Below are positions 29,695 to 38,580 of a stretch of DNA of 64,000 bases, in pieces. A program made the translations under genes and the position numbers. The notes beneath the pieces are model-generated. The model had not been told where the DNA came from. It was given only the letters and a program-made list of their open reading frames with translations, and did not search any database. The stretch's first letter is position 1. The number at the start of each line of letters is the position of its first letter. Source of the stretch: an uncultured Acidimicrobiaceae bacterium (GTDB lineage Bacteria; Actinomycetota; Acidimicrobiia; Acidimicrobiales; Palsa-688); assembly GCA_963781155.1 (NCBI GenBank), contig CAWAEC010000001.1, positions 14,515 through 78,514 of the forward strand. The letters are read 5' to 3'.

Positions 29695-30753
29695 TCACGG
29701 GTTCAGTCCCTCTGTTCTCGACAGGACCACCTTGAGGGCGCCGGTCTCTGCTGGATCGGCAAAGACCTCGTACGCCTGGGTGAACTCGTCCAGAGGGAAG
29801 CGGTGCGTGACGAAGCGATCCGCGTCCAGCTGATTTCCCTGCAGCAGGCGCAGAAATGTCGGCGTGGAGAACGTATCCACTAGACCGGTGGTAATGGTCA
29901 CGTCTTTGATCCACAGGTCTTCCAGGTGGAGCGTCGCCGGCTCGCCGTGAACACCTATGTTGGCTACGTGCCCACCGGGTCGTACCAGTGCCGTGGCCAG
30001 CTCGAAGGCTGTCGACGTTCCGACGGCTTCTATCGTCACATCGGCACCGAGTCCGCCGGTTAAAGCGGCCACGGCAGCCAAAGGATCCTCACAGCCGTTA
30101 TTGACGGTCACGTCTGCTCCGAATTGCTTCGCCGCCTCGAGCCGGCTGCTGGCCAGATCAATGGCGACGACGTGCGCCGGGCTGTACAGCCGGCTGCCCA
30201 TGATTGCGGCCAGCCCGATCGGTCCGGCGCCGACGACCGCGACCACGTCGCCGGGCCGAACTCTTCCATTGAGCACACCGACCTCGTATCCGGTCGGAAG
30301 GATATCGGCGACCATGAGCAGCGCTTCGTCGCTGACGCCGTCTGGGGCTGGATATGTAGATGTGTCCGCGTAGGGTACCCGGACGTACTCCGCTTGGGTG
30401 CCGTCGATCAGGTGCCCTAGGATCCAGCCACCGCCACCCCGGCATTGCCCATAGTGCCCCTCCCGGCAGTATCGGCAGGTGGCGCACGAGGTGATGCAGG
30501 ACACGAGGACCTTATCGCCCGGCTTTAGCTGCTTGACCGCGGTGCCGACTGACTCGACCATCCCGACGGCTTCGTGGCCGAGGATCCGGCCGTCCGTCAC
30601 GGCAGGCACGTCACCTTTGAGGATGTGGAGATCCGTCCCGCAAATGGTGACGGCGTCGACCCGGACGATGGCGTCGGTATCGGCCTGCAGCCGGGGCTTC
30701 GGGACCTCTTCCCACGCCTTCTTTCCGGGACCGTGGTACACGAGCGCTTTCAT
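29695..30753 (-). CDS. zinc-dependent alcohol dehydrogenase (MDR family)
   Basis: ICGTDLHI, GHEAVG, VVGAGPIGL. Confidence 0.9.
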   Translation of the reverse strand: MKALVYHGPGKKAWEEVPKPRLQADTDAIVRVDAVTICGTDLHILKGDVPAVTDGRILGHEAVGMVESVGTAVKQLKPGDKVLVSCITSCATCRYCREGHYGQCRGGGGWILGHLIDGTQAEYVRVPYADTSTYPAPDGVSDEALLMVADILPTGYEVGVLNGRVRPGDVVAVVGAGPIGLAAIMGSRLYSPAHVVAIDLASSRLEAAKQFGADVTVNNGCEDPLAAVAALTGGLGADVTIEAVGTSTAFELATALVRPGGHVANIGVHGEPATLHLEDLWIKDVTITTGLVDTFSTPTFLRLLQGNQLDADRFVTHRFPLDEFTQAYEVFADPAETGALKVVLSRTEGLNP

Positions 30754-31259
30754 TTTGTCGTCCTCTCTACCGCGGCGATCATCACGTCGACCTTACGAGG
30801 AGGCCGCCTCGGGCGGCAGAGGCGAACGGCCCCACTCGCTGAGTCTCCTCGGCGCAGCGATACGCCGGGTTCGAAGGGTCGGGGCTCGCCGACAAAGTGA
30901 CCTTGACGCTGCCATGTGGACGTTCGAGGCGTCAGTATTTGGTCGAGGCGCCAGACCAGGAGGACCCCTGACCACGTTCCGACACCGACTTGCGGCACCG
31001 TCACGAGGACTCCAAACTCCTGAGGGTCGGGGCCACGATGTCGGCATCGACTCCGGCTGCGCCTCGAGTTGGCCAGCCGGGACCCCGAGGGAGAACGGCG
31101 CATGGGATCCAACCCCCACGCCAATGGCGGCTTGTTGCTGCGGGAGCTCCCCTCCCGGACTTTCGTCGCTACGCCTTAGAAGTGTCCTAGCCGGGGTCGA
31201 CCGGCGGCGAGGCCACGCGGGTACTTGGCTGGCGGGGGCTCGAGTTGGGGCGAACTGCC

Positions 31260-32823
31260 CTAAGGGGTGCGGCCACGGTCTCTACCCTTGTGAGTCGGGA
31301 CCGCCCACTGCAGCAAAGTGCCGGTCGGCTTGCGGGCAGTGATGCGTAGCTCGCCGCCGAGTTGCGCAGCCCGATCAGCCATGTTGACCACCCCATGCCC
31401 GGCACTGGGGCTGTCCGGTGGCCCGATCCCATCGTCGGCGACGCTGAGTGTCACGCTGGCTGCAGTGGCCTGTACCACCACATCGGCTCGCGATGCGTGG
31501 GCGTGACGAACCACGTTGGTCAATGCTTCGCGAGTTACCGCCAGCAGGTGGGTCATGGTCTGGTCCGAAATGGCCGCCTCCACCGGTCCTCTGAAGGTCA
31601 CCCGGGGTGTGAAGTCGAGCTGGCTACCGACCTCGGCCACCACCTCGCGGAACTCGTTGCCGTACGCCGAGCTCGGCCGTCTGGGGCCGATTGAGGTCGA
31701 AGATGGTCTCGCGGATATCCCGTATCACCTCGTCAATTGCTTCGACGGCCTCTACGATCCGGTCGCTGACACGAGGATCCGCCAGGCGCTGAGCACTCTG
31801 CAAGCGCATCCCCAAGGCAAAGAGTCGCTGAATGACAGTGTCGTGCAGGTCGCGAGCGATTCGTTCATGCTCCGACACCATGTGCAGGTCCTCCACGGCG
31901 TCCCGCGCCGCGCCGAGGGCGATGCCCACCGCGGCGGCCGAGGCGAACACCTCTACGGCCGCCACCTCCTCGTGGGTGAAACACTCGGCGCCAGCGTCAC
32001 GAGCGACAACCAAGGCTCCGATCGGTTTGTTCTGGGTCAGCATAGGCAGGTAGACGCCCGGCCCGAAACCGTCTCGTCGCGCCTCGCTCAGCACTGCCGG
32101 TTCAGCGCTCATGTCCAGGAGAACTACGGGCTGGCCTGCTCGCATTGCCCCGGCCGACAGGCTCGTTTGGGCGTCCAAAGAGGCACCGACGAGCAGGTCG
32201 GCGCTGCGGCCCGACGCCGCCGTCACCACCAGTCGATCGGGGTCGGTCTCGTCGGGGACCACCACCCAGGCCGCCGAGGCGCGCACCAGCCGCTGCGCCC
32301 GCTCCGAGACTGCCGTCAGGATGTCGGTGACGTCCTCACCCGCCAGCACTTGCCGGGTCACCTCGTTGACGTCCCGCATCAAGTGTTCACTGCGCCGCCT
32401 GCTGGTGGCATCGCGAACGAACGCGGCCGTACGAACGCGCCCGTGGAGGCGGAGCGGGGTCAGGCTGACGTCGACGGGAAAGACGCTGCCGTCTCGGCGA
32501 CGCCCGTGCAGTTCCAACCCCGCGCCCATGGCTCGGGGCACCGGGTCCTTGCTGTAGCTGGCCCGATAGTCCCGATGGACATGCCTGACCCGATCCGGGA
32601 CCAGCATCTCTATCGGCTGCCCCACCACCTGCTCGGTGCGATACCCAAACAGCGTCTCCGTCGCGGCGCTGGCCATCTCGATGCGACCTTGCTCATCGAC
32701 AACCACCACAGCGTCCGGCGAAGAAGCCATCAGCGCATCCGAGAGGTTGCTCAAGTCCTCGCTCACTGGCGTAGATAGTAGGGCGTCAGCGAACCGTCCC
32801 AGAGCGCTCCGCTGATTACCCAC
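31260..32823 (-). pseudogene. PAS-GAF-HisKA_3-HATPase sensor histidine kinase, split by one frameshift
   Basis: ORF 31624..32823 carries PAS, GAF and the H-box HERIARDLHDTVIQRLFA. ORF 31260..31643 carries ALTNVVRHAHAS...DDGIGP. The frames overlap at 31624-31643, and removing one C near 31655 restores ...LGVRNEFREVVAEVG. Confidence 0.75.
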
Positions 32824-32845
32824 GTGCGCAAATGCCTAGCAGAGA

Positions 32846-32859
32846 GGGACGTATGGCCC
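32846..32859 (+). promoter_or_regulatory. GGGACGTATGGCCC box upstream of small ORF 32913
   Basis: 54-67 nt upstream of ATG 32913, and 23 nt from the divergent kinase GTG 32823. 11/14. Confidence 0.35.
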
Positions 32860-32912
32860 TGGAAAAGGGGCGGAAAGCGGGATGAGAATACGGTTATTGA
32901 AAGGAGTGACCG

Positions 32913-33092
32913 ATGGCTCAGTGTCACGACAGCTATGAAGGCGGAACCTGGCCGGCGCACCACATCAGGGAGGTTGATGGCGCCCAGTGCCGCGATACGT
33001 ATACGAAGTCGGAACCGATGAGTAGCGATCTCCAGGACAAGGTCGGCGCGTTGGCGGAAGACCGGGCGTCGCAACTGGCTGGAGTCGAATAG
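32913..33092 (+). CDS. small Cys/His-containing hypothetical protein (59 aa), below the ORF-track cutoff
   Basis: AAGGAG lies 6 nt upstream of the ATG. Product MAQCHDSYEGGTWPAHHIREVDGAQCRDTYTKSEPMSSDLQDKVGALAEDRASQLAGVE. Confidence 0.4.
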   Translation: MAQCHDSYEGGTWPAHHIREVDGAQCRDTYTKSEPMSSDLQDKVGALAEDRASQLAGVE

Positions 33093-33322
33093 TCGTGGCG
33101 CCAGACCGGCAGATGACGTCGCGTTCGCCATCGCCGAGATGGCATCTGCCGACGGCAAATCCATCATCGCTGGTGAGAGGCGAGGCTCGGGCGGGTGGCG
33201 AACTCCCTTGCAAGAAGCTGTCAGCACTCCCGCCGATCATCCGAGCAGCGGTCCCGCTGATAGACCCACCATCAACCCTGTAGGATTGCTGGTCGCGGAG
33301 CAGTCGCCGCCGCTGAGAAGAT

Positions 33323-34196
33323 GTGGCCATGAGCGACACCCACGTTCCCACTGTCTTGGTCGGTGTCGATGGGACACCCGCCGGAGACGCTGCCCTCGCC
33401 TGGTCCTTGCAGGAGGCCCGCATTCGCCAGGCGGCGGTCGAAGCCTTTGTGGTGTGGTCGATCCAGATCGCCGCGATTGCGAATGTAGGGTTGGATGCCC
33501 TCACCGAGAGTGACGCCCGACATCTGCTCGACGAGTCTCTTCTTCGCGTCGGCGGCACCGGTGGGATCCGGGTACGTCTCCAAACGCGGGCAGGCCCACC
33601 TTTCTCCGAGCTGGCGCTCGAGGCAGCTGCGACCCACGCTGTTCTCATCGTTGTGGGGAACCATCCACACGGAGTACTCCACGACGCGCTAGTAGGGGTG
33701 CCGACGACGGCGTTGACCCACCACGCTCGCCAGCCCCTCGTCTTGGTTTCCCCGGGCCCGTCACGACCCGGGAATGGGCATCTCGTCGTTGGGGTCGATG
33801 GCAGCGACGCAAGCGTCGCTGCGCTGCGATGGGCGGTTGCGGAAGCGGCCATCCGCCAGCAACCGGTTCGCGCTGTCAGGGTTTACGAGGCTCGGTCGCA
33901 CGTCTCGGCCCAACCTGTCCAACAGCGCCGGCTGCTCGACGAACTTCGCGATACGCTCGCCGCCAATGCCAACGCTCGTGTGGAGGTCGAGGCCACCGTC
34001 GTCGAGGGCTCAACGGCACAGGTGCTGGTCGGCATTAGCGCAGAAGCCGAGCAGCTCGTGCTTGGCGCGTCCGCTCGACGGAATCTCGCCGAAATTGATC
34101 GCCGGTAGCGAGATCCGCGCTTGCGCCCGAGCAACCCGCGTGCCGCTGGTATTAGTGCCGCCCGCACTCAACGAAAGTCGATCGCCACCCCCATAA
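33323..34196 (+). pseudogene. tandem-domain universal stress protein with 3' frameshift
   Basis: ORF 33323..34108 ends ...LVLGASARRNLAEIDRR. The expected USP tail LIAGSEIRACARATRVPLVLVPP continues in the next frame to 34196. The extra A is in run 34092-34094. Confidence 0.7.
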
Positions 34197-34213
34197 GGCG
34201 GGAACCGGGCACC

Positions 34214-34319
34214 GAGAAGAAGGAAGCATTCTGATGACAATACTGACGCTGTTGCCATATTGGGTGATCCGTCCGAGCGAACAAACCCGCGGGTGTGGGA
34301 ATGGGTGAAGCAATCGAAG
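34214..34319 (+). pseudogene. duplicated 5' fragment of the DoxX gene (RBS plus about 28 codons)
   Basis: GAGAAGAAGGAAGCATTCTGATGAC...GGTGATCCGTCCGAGCGAACAAACCCGCGGGTGTGGGAATGGGTGAAG nearly matches the reverse complement of 38200-38304. Confidence 0.7.
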
Positions 34320-34692
34320 CATCCTGGCCGCCGACGCCTGCGAACGCCCTCGAAGTGCACGAGCTATCGCCGGTCCACTCAAGTTCAGCTTCGGTCGTTC
34401 CTGCCCGCCGCTGCTACCGCCAGTAACCCCGTAGACATGGTGGCCTCAGCCTCGGCCGCCGATTACCGCCGAGCCCTTCGCCTAAGCTCTCAATGACGAC
34501 GACGTCGACGCCGTGGTGGCGATCTTTGCACCGGCCCTGGTCACCCCGGCCGATGAGGTGGCCGCCGAGATCGCCGAAATGCACCTCAACCCCGTCACCG
34601 CCTCCCCCGATGGCGTGGTCGCAGTTGACGCCAAAGTGCGAATCGCCCCACGCCACCCAGAGCCAGATCTCGCGCTCCGGGAACTCCGTTAG
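34320..34692 (+). pseudogene. remnant of a Pat-like acyltransferase gene with internal deletions
   Basis: Nucleotide-level similarity to 21330-21590 and 22395-22521. Encodes NPVDMVASASAADYRRALRL...DAVVAIFAP...NPVTASPDGVVAVDAKVRIAPRHPEPD and the same terminal ...LR-TAG. Confidence 0.7.
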
Positions 34693-34851
34693 CCCACGGC
34701 GGCGGTCGGGGACGCGTTCCCGTGGAAGCAGAACGGGGTTTGGAAGTCCACCACCGCCACTGGGAGGGGGCGGCTGTGACGTTCGCCTCTATTGATCTGC
34801 GACGCGGCGAGCGCAGACTGGACGAACTAAGGATAACTGGGAGGTTCAGAC

Positions 34852-35397
34852 GTGAAAGTTGTCCTCATATATGAGTCCATGTTCGGGGCTACCCGCAGTG
34901 TCGCCGAGGCCATCGCCGAGGGCATGCGCACCTCGGCCGACGTCGTGGTACGCCACACGTCGGACACCGGCCCCTTCACTCTTGACTGGGCTGATTTGGT
35001 CGTCGTCGGTGCCCCAACTCAGGCTTGGAGCATGCCGCGACCCAGAACCCGCAAGGGTACGCCTGGCTACGTCCGAAAACGGTGCAGCGGACTTGTCCTT
35101 GAGCCCGGGGCCCAGATCGAGTCTGGCGTGCGAGAGTTTCTCGCCTCGCTCCCGTCGTTAAGGATATCAGCCGCGGCGTTCGACACTCGCATCAAGGCCC
35201 CCCGGCTGTTCACCGGGCGGGCGTCGAAGGCCATCGGACGAGCCTTAGCTCGTCGCGGCGCCCGATTGGTCGTGCCCCCGGAGAGCTTCTTGGTCGACAG
35301 GAAAAGTCATCTCATCCCGACCGAGTCCGAGCGGGTCCGGGCGTGGGGTGCCCACGTGGTCATGGAGAGCTCCTCGAGGGAAATGGCTGCCACCTGA
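34852..35397 (+). CDS. flavodoxin-like fold protein
   Basis: MKVVLIYESMFGATRSVAEAIAEG...LVVVGAPT. GGGAGG upstream of GTG 34852. Confidence 0.8.
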   Translation: MKVVLIYESMFGATRSVAEAIAEGMRTSADVVVRHTSDTGPFTLDWADLVVVGAPTQAWSMPRPRTRKGTPGYVRKRCSGLVLEPGAQIESGVREFLASLPSLRISAAAFDTRIKAPRLFTGRASKAIGRALARRGARLVVPPESFLVDRKSHLIPTESERVRAWGAHVVMESSSREMAAT

Positions 35398-35412
35398 GCC
35401 GGCCGCCGCGCC

Positions 35413-36405
35413 CTATTTCGGTGGTGCTGATGGAGCCATATTGGTCAGAGGGTGATCCCGGTAGTAGTCGCGCCAGATGATCTTGTAGATCGGTATCCAT
35501 CGTGGTATCGATCGCACGCCGGGGATGATGGGGACCAGGATGAGGGCGAGGGACAGGATCATCATGATCGCCCACACCAGGGCGTCGGCGTTGCCGGAGG
35601 TTTTGAACGGGGATATCTGGTACCAGAAGGTGTACAGCCACAGCCAGGCTTGGCCCGGGTAGCTGCCGGTCTCGTTCATGATGCCCCACTGGTCACCGCC
35701 GAGATGTTGGACGTTGGCCAGGTTGCCCAGGTAGGTGCCGTCGGCCAGGAACAGGAGGGGTTTGGTGTAGTTGTCCTGGTAGAAGCCGCTGCCCTGGTTG
35801 ACCAGTTGGCTGTTGAGGGCGCCGCTTTGGGCCAGGCGGAGCAGGGCCGCGGTCATGGCCGGTACCGGGCCGTAGTTGCCGGGGGCGACCTTGGCCGGGT
35901 CGTTGCCGGGGGCTTTGGAGATGGCGGTGTCGTAGGCGCTGGCCCAGGCCTGCTGCTGGCTGGTGCTGGCGTTGCGGTAGGCAGCCAGGGCGGCAGTAAG
36001 GGCAGGGTTGCCGGTGACTGTGGACAGGGGGGCCAGCACGAAATCGACCGCGGGGTCGACGGGTAGGCGCACGCCGGCCCAGTTTTGCAGGTGCAGGAAG
36101 AAGATCGACTGGCCGGTGCCGGCCTGGTTGTAGGGGGGTCCGTAGGAGGCGCTGGTGCTGGTCCCGTCGAGCTCGGTGACAGCGGTGGTGACGAAGTCGG
36201 CCGGGTCCTGGCGGCCCCACTGTTGCAGAGTAATGGCCTTGTCGTCGGGGGAGGACAGCACCAGGGCGGCGATCACCGCGACCAGGCCGACCACGATCAG
36301 GGCGATCACGAATTCCTTGACCAGGTCGTAAGGGCGTTTGGGTCCGGTCCACTGTCCCGCACTGGTCCGTCGCCGGTGACGGCGAGAGGGTGTCGGTTCG
36401 CTCAC
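35413..36405 (-). CDS. membrane protein resembling cytochrome b subunit IV / C-terminal domain with a large extracytoplasmic insertion
   Basis: GTG 36405 overlaps the cytochrome b stop (GTGA). N-terminal TM, then about 200 aa of soluble Cys-free sequence, then AWLWLYTFWYQISPF where PEWYFLFAYQ normally sits, then further TM helices. Confidence 0.7.
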   Translation of the reverse strand: MSEPTPSRRHRRRTSAGQWTGPKRPYDLVKEFVIALIVVGLVAVIAALVLSSPDDKAITLQQWGRQDPADFVTTAVTELDGTSTSASYGPPYNQAGTGQSIFFLHLQNWAGVRLPVDPAVDFVLAPLSTVTGNPALTAALAAYRNASTSQQQAWASAYDTAISKAPGNDPAKVAPGNYGPVPAMTAALLRLAQSGALNSQLVNQGSGFYQDNYTKPLLFLADGTYLGNLANVQHLGGDQWGIMNETGSYPGQAWLWLYTFWYQISPFKTSGNADALVWAIMMILSLALILVPIIPGVRSIPRWIPIYKIIWRDYYRDHPLTNMAPSAPPK

Positions 36406-37064
36406 CGGTCGCGCTTGCCGTCGCTGGTGGGCCCGCCGTCCGCGTCGATGCCGACCGGCGGTACCACACCCCGGATGCGCACCAACACCACGTGCAACAC
36501 CACGATAATCCCCACGCCCAGTGGGAGCAGCATGATGTGCCACAACAGCATCTGGCCCAGGTTGAGGACATTCCAGAACGCCCCCACCCCGGTGCTGTTG
36601 ATCCCGTCTTTGGCCTGGGTGGCGATCCATTGCGAGTCGAAGTTGGTCTGGACCACATAGCCGGTGAAGGCGGTGGCGACCGACACCAAGAAGGCCACCA
36701 CCCCCGTCACCCAGGTCAGCCCGCGCCGGCCTCGCCAGGCCGCCATCCAGAACTTGCCCCACAAGTGAATGACCATGAAGAAGAAGAACAGCTCCACGCT
36801 CCACAGGTGCAAGCTGTTGAAGAAATGCCCGACCGCGGTGGTGTGCCACCAGTTGATCCCGCCCAGAGCCAGCACCGCACCCGAGACGATGATGAAGACC
36901 AGCGCGGCCAGGGTGAGCACCCCGAACACATAGATCCACGACGACACATAGGCCGGCTGGTGGTCGGGAAGAGCCCGGTCCGGGGGCAAAGCCGACAGCA
37001 GCCGGTCCCGGACACGACCCGTCCAGCTGCCGCCAGGTCGCTCCGACACCGGAGTGGCGGTCAC
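36402..37064 (-). CDS. cytochrome b (b6-type N-terminal four-helix di-heme domain)
   Basis: His pairs H-x13-H (LHLWSVELFFFFMVIH) and H-x14-H (HIMLLPLGVGIIVVLH). GTG 37064 overlaps the upstream stop (GTGA). Confidence 0.85.
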   Translation of the reverse strand: MTATPVSERPGGSWTGRVRDRLLSALPPDRALPDHQPAYVSSWIYVFGVLTLAALVFIIVSGAVLALGGINWWHTTAVGHFFNSLHLWSVELFFFFMVIHLWGKFWMAAWRGRRGLTWVTGVVAFLVSVATAFTGYVVQTNFDSQWIATQAKDGINSTGVGAFWNVLNLGQMLLWHIMLLPLGVGIIVVLHVVLVRIRGVVPPVGIDADGGPTSDGKRDR

Positions 37065-37204
37065 GGCCGGTTCCTTCCCCCCGGGAACGGAGCGAACAGG
37101 GCCACCACGAACACCACGATCATCAACACGATGACAATAAAATTCGCCAGCGACAGCTGGACGAACCCCCAGTGGATGAAATAGCCGGGGCTGTTCAAGT
37201 TCAC
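37061..37204 (-). CDS. small membrane protein, first gene of cytochrome b operon
   Basis: ...GYFIHWGFVQLSLANFIVIVLMIVVFVVALFAPFP. Start is uncertain: GTG 37204, or the ORF continues up to 37363. Confidence 0.5.
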   Translation of the reverse strand: MNLNSPGYFIHWGFVQLSLANFIVIVLMIVVFVVALFAPFPGGRNRP

Positions 37205-37666
37205 GGCCAGCAACCCACCCGAGGACGCGGCACTGACCACCAGCCACCTCCCGGCAACTCTCGCAAATCTACCAACGAATGTAATGACCGACGTGCACGG
37301 GCTGGGGGATCCCCCACCGGACGGGCACGCCGTCCAGGACACGAGCGGCGAACGATCGGGCATCGATCACCGCGGTCCCTGAGCGACAGGCGGTGGCGCG
37401 AGCCTGAAGGCCGCACTTTGCCACCGCCGAGCGGCTCCGTTCAGACCTACGTCGCGGGATTAGGGGGTTCCGACCCGATATCCGATGCCGTTGGATCAGC
37501 AAAGGTCGAAGTCGGGCTCGCCGATACGGCCGCACCCGGGCTGCCGTGGCGACGAGGTCGTCAGCCAACTAAAGAAACAGTTTTGCGGGAGCGGCCTCTG
37601 GACGCGCCAGTGCGGCCCGCGGGGAGCGGACCGCACCAGTGTGACGTGACCGAGGCAGCGGACCGG

Positions 37667-38284
37667 CTAGGCGGCCGTCTTGACCGCAGCAGCGGTCCCG
37701 GTCCCGTCGCCCTCCCCGGCGAGGGAGTCGTGGCGGGGCGGGCCGTGGCGGCGCTGGCGGTAGCCGGCGATGAGCCCGTCGATGCCGATCCAGCTCGAGG
37801 TCCTCCACATGGTCAGGATGACGATGGCGAACAGGGCGTAGAAGGCGCACACGCTGGCCGTGCCCGACATCACGTAGGTGAACAGCAGGGCCAGGCTGCC
37901 CAGCGCCGCCACTCGGGTGAACAGGCCGGCCACCAAAGCGAAGCCGATCACCAGCTCGGACACCGCGATCAGCACGCCGATCCAGCCCGAGTTGGGGACC
38001 ACGAAGCTGTGCAGGAAGCTACCCCACCAGGTGTAGGCCGGCTTGGCGTGGCCGGCGAAACCGGCCACCCCGGCCCCGTTATGGTGCAAAAAGGCGGCGT
38101 TCTCCGCCCCCCACAGCTTGGCCCAGCCAGCCTGGATCCACATCACCCCCAGCCACACCCGCATAGCCAGCCATCCCACCGCCAAGACCTTCGATTCCTT
38201 CACCCATTCCCACACCCGCGGGTTCGTTCGCTCAGACGGATCACCCAAAACGGCAACCGCATCACTCGCCACAGTATTCGTCAT
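37667..38284 (-). CDS. DoxX family membrane protein
   Basis: Four TM helices. MRVWLGVMWIQAGWAKLWG pattern. GAAGGAAG RBS. Confidence 0.9.
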   Translation of the reverse strand: MTNTVASDAVAVLGDPSERTNPRVWEWVKESKVLAVGWLAMRVWLGVMWIQAGWAKLWGAENAAFLHHNGAGVAGFAGHAKPAYTWWGSFLHSFVVPNSGWIGVLIAVSELVIGFALVAGLFTRVAALGSLALLFTYVMSGTASVCAFYALFAIVILTMWRTSSWIGIDGLIAGYRQRRHGPPRHDSLAGEGDGTGTAAAVKTAA

Positions 38285-38364
38285 CAGAATGCTTCCTTCT
38301 TCTCCGTGGCCCGGCTCCCGCGGGCCTCACCGTCATCCTCGCCGCCGGCCCGGGTCCGCCAGTA

Positions 38365-38378
38365 GAGCCGAAGGTCCC
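38365..38378 (-). promoter_or_regulatory. GGGACCTTCGGCTC box upstream of DoxX
   Basis: Plus strand reads GAGCCGAAGGTCCC. 81-94 nt upstream of ATG 38284. Confidence 0.5.
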
Positions 38379-38580
38379 TGGATCTGTCCGAGACGTCGCG
38401 TCTGGCAGGGAGGCCGCGCTCGTCGTCGCTGGTACCGCAAGCGGCGGCCGTTTATCACGCTCGCGCCAGCACCTTGTTCGGTATTTAGGGGCGTTGGACT
38501 CTAGTAGCTGCCTACGGGAGAACCGGGTGGATAGCGTCCACGGAGGCAACCCGTTTCGCCAATGGCAAAGGAATGAGGTG

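Noticed and set aside
31156-31169. Box-like CGGACTTTCGTCGC in the ADH / kinase intergenic region
   Set aside because: It points toward no plus-strand gene. A 9-nt core match is expected by chance about 0.4 times in this window by my rough estimate.
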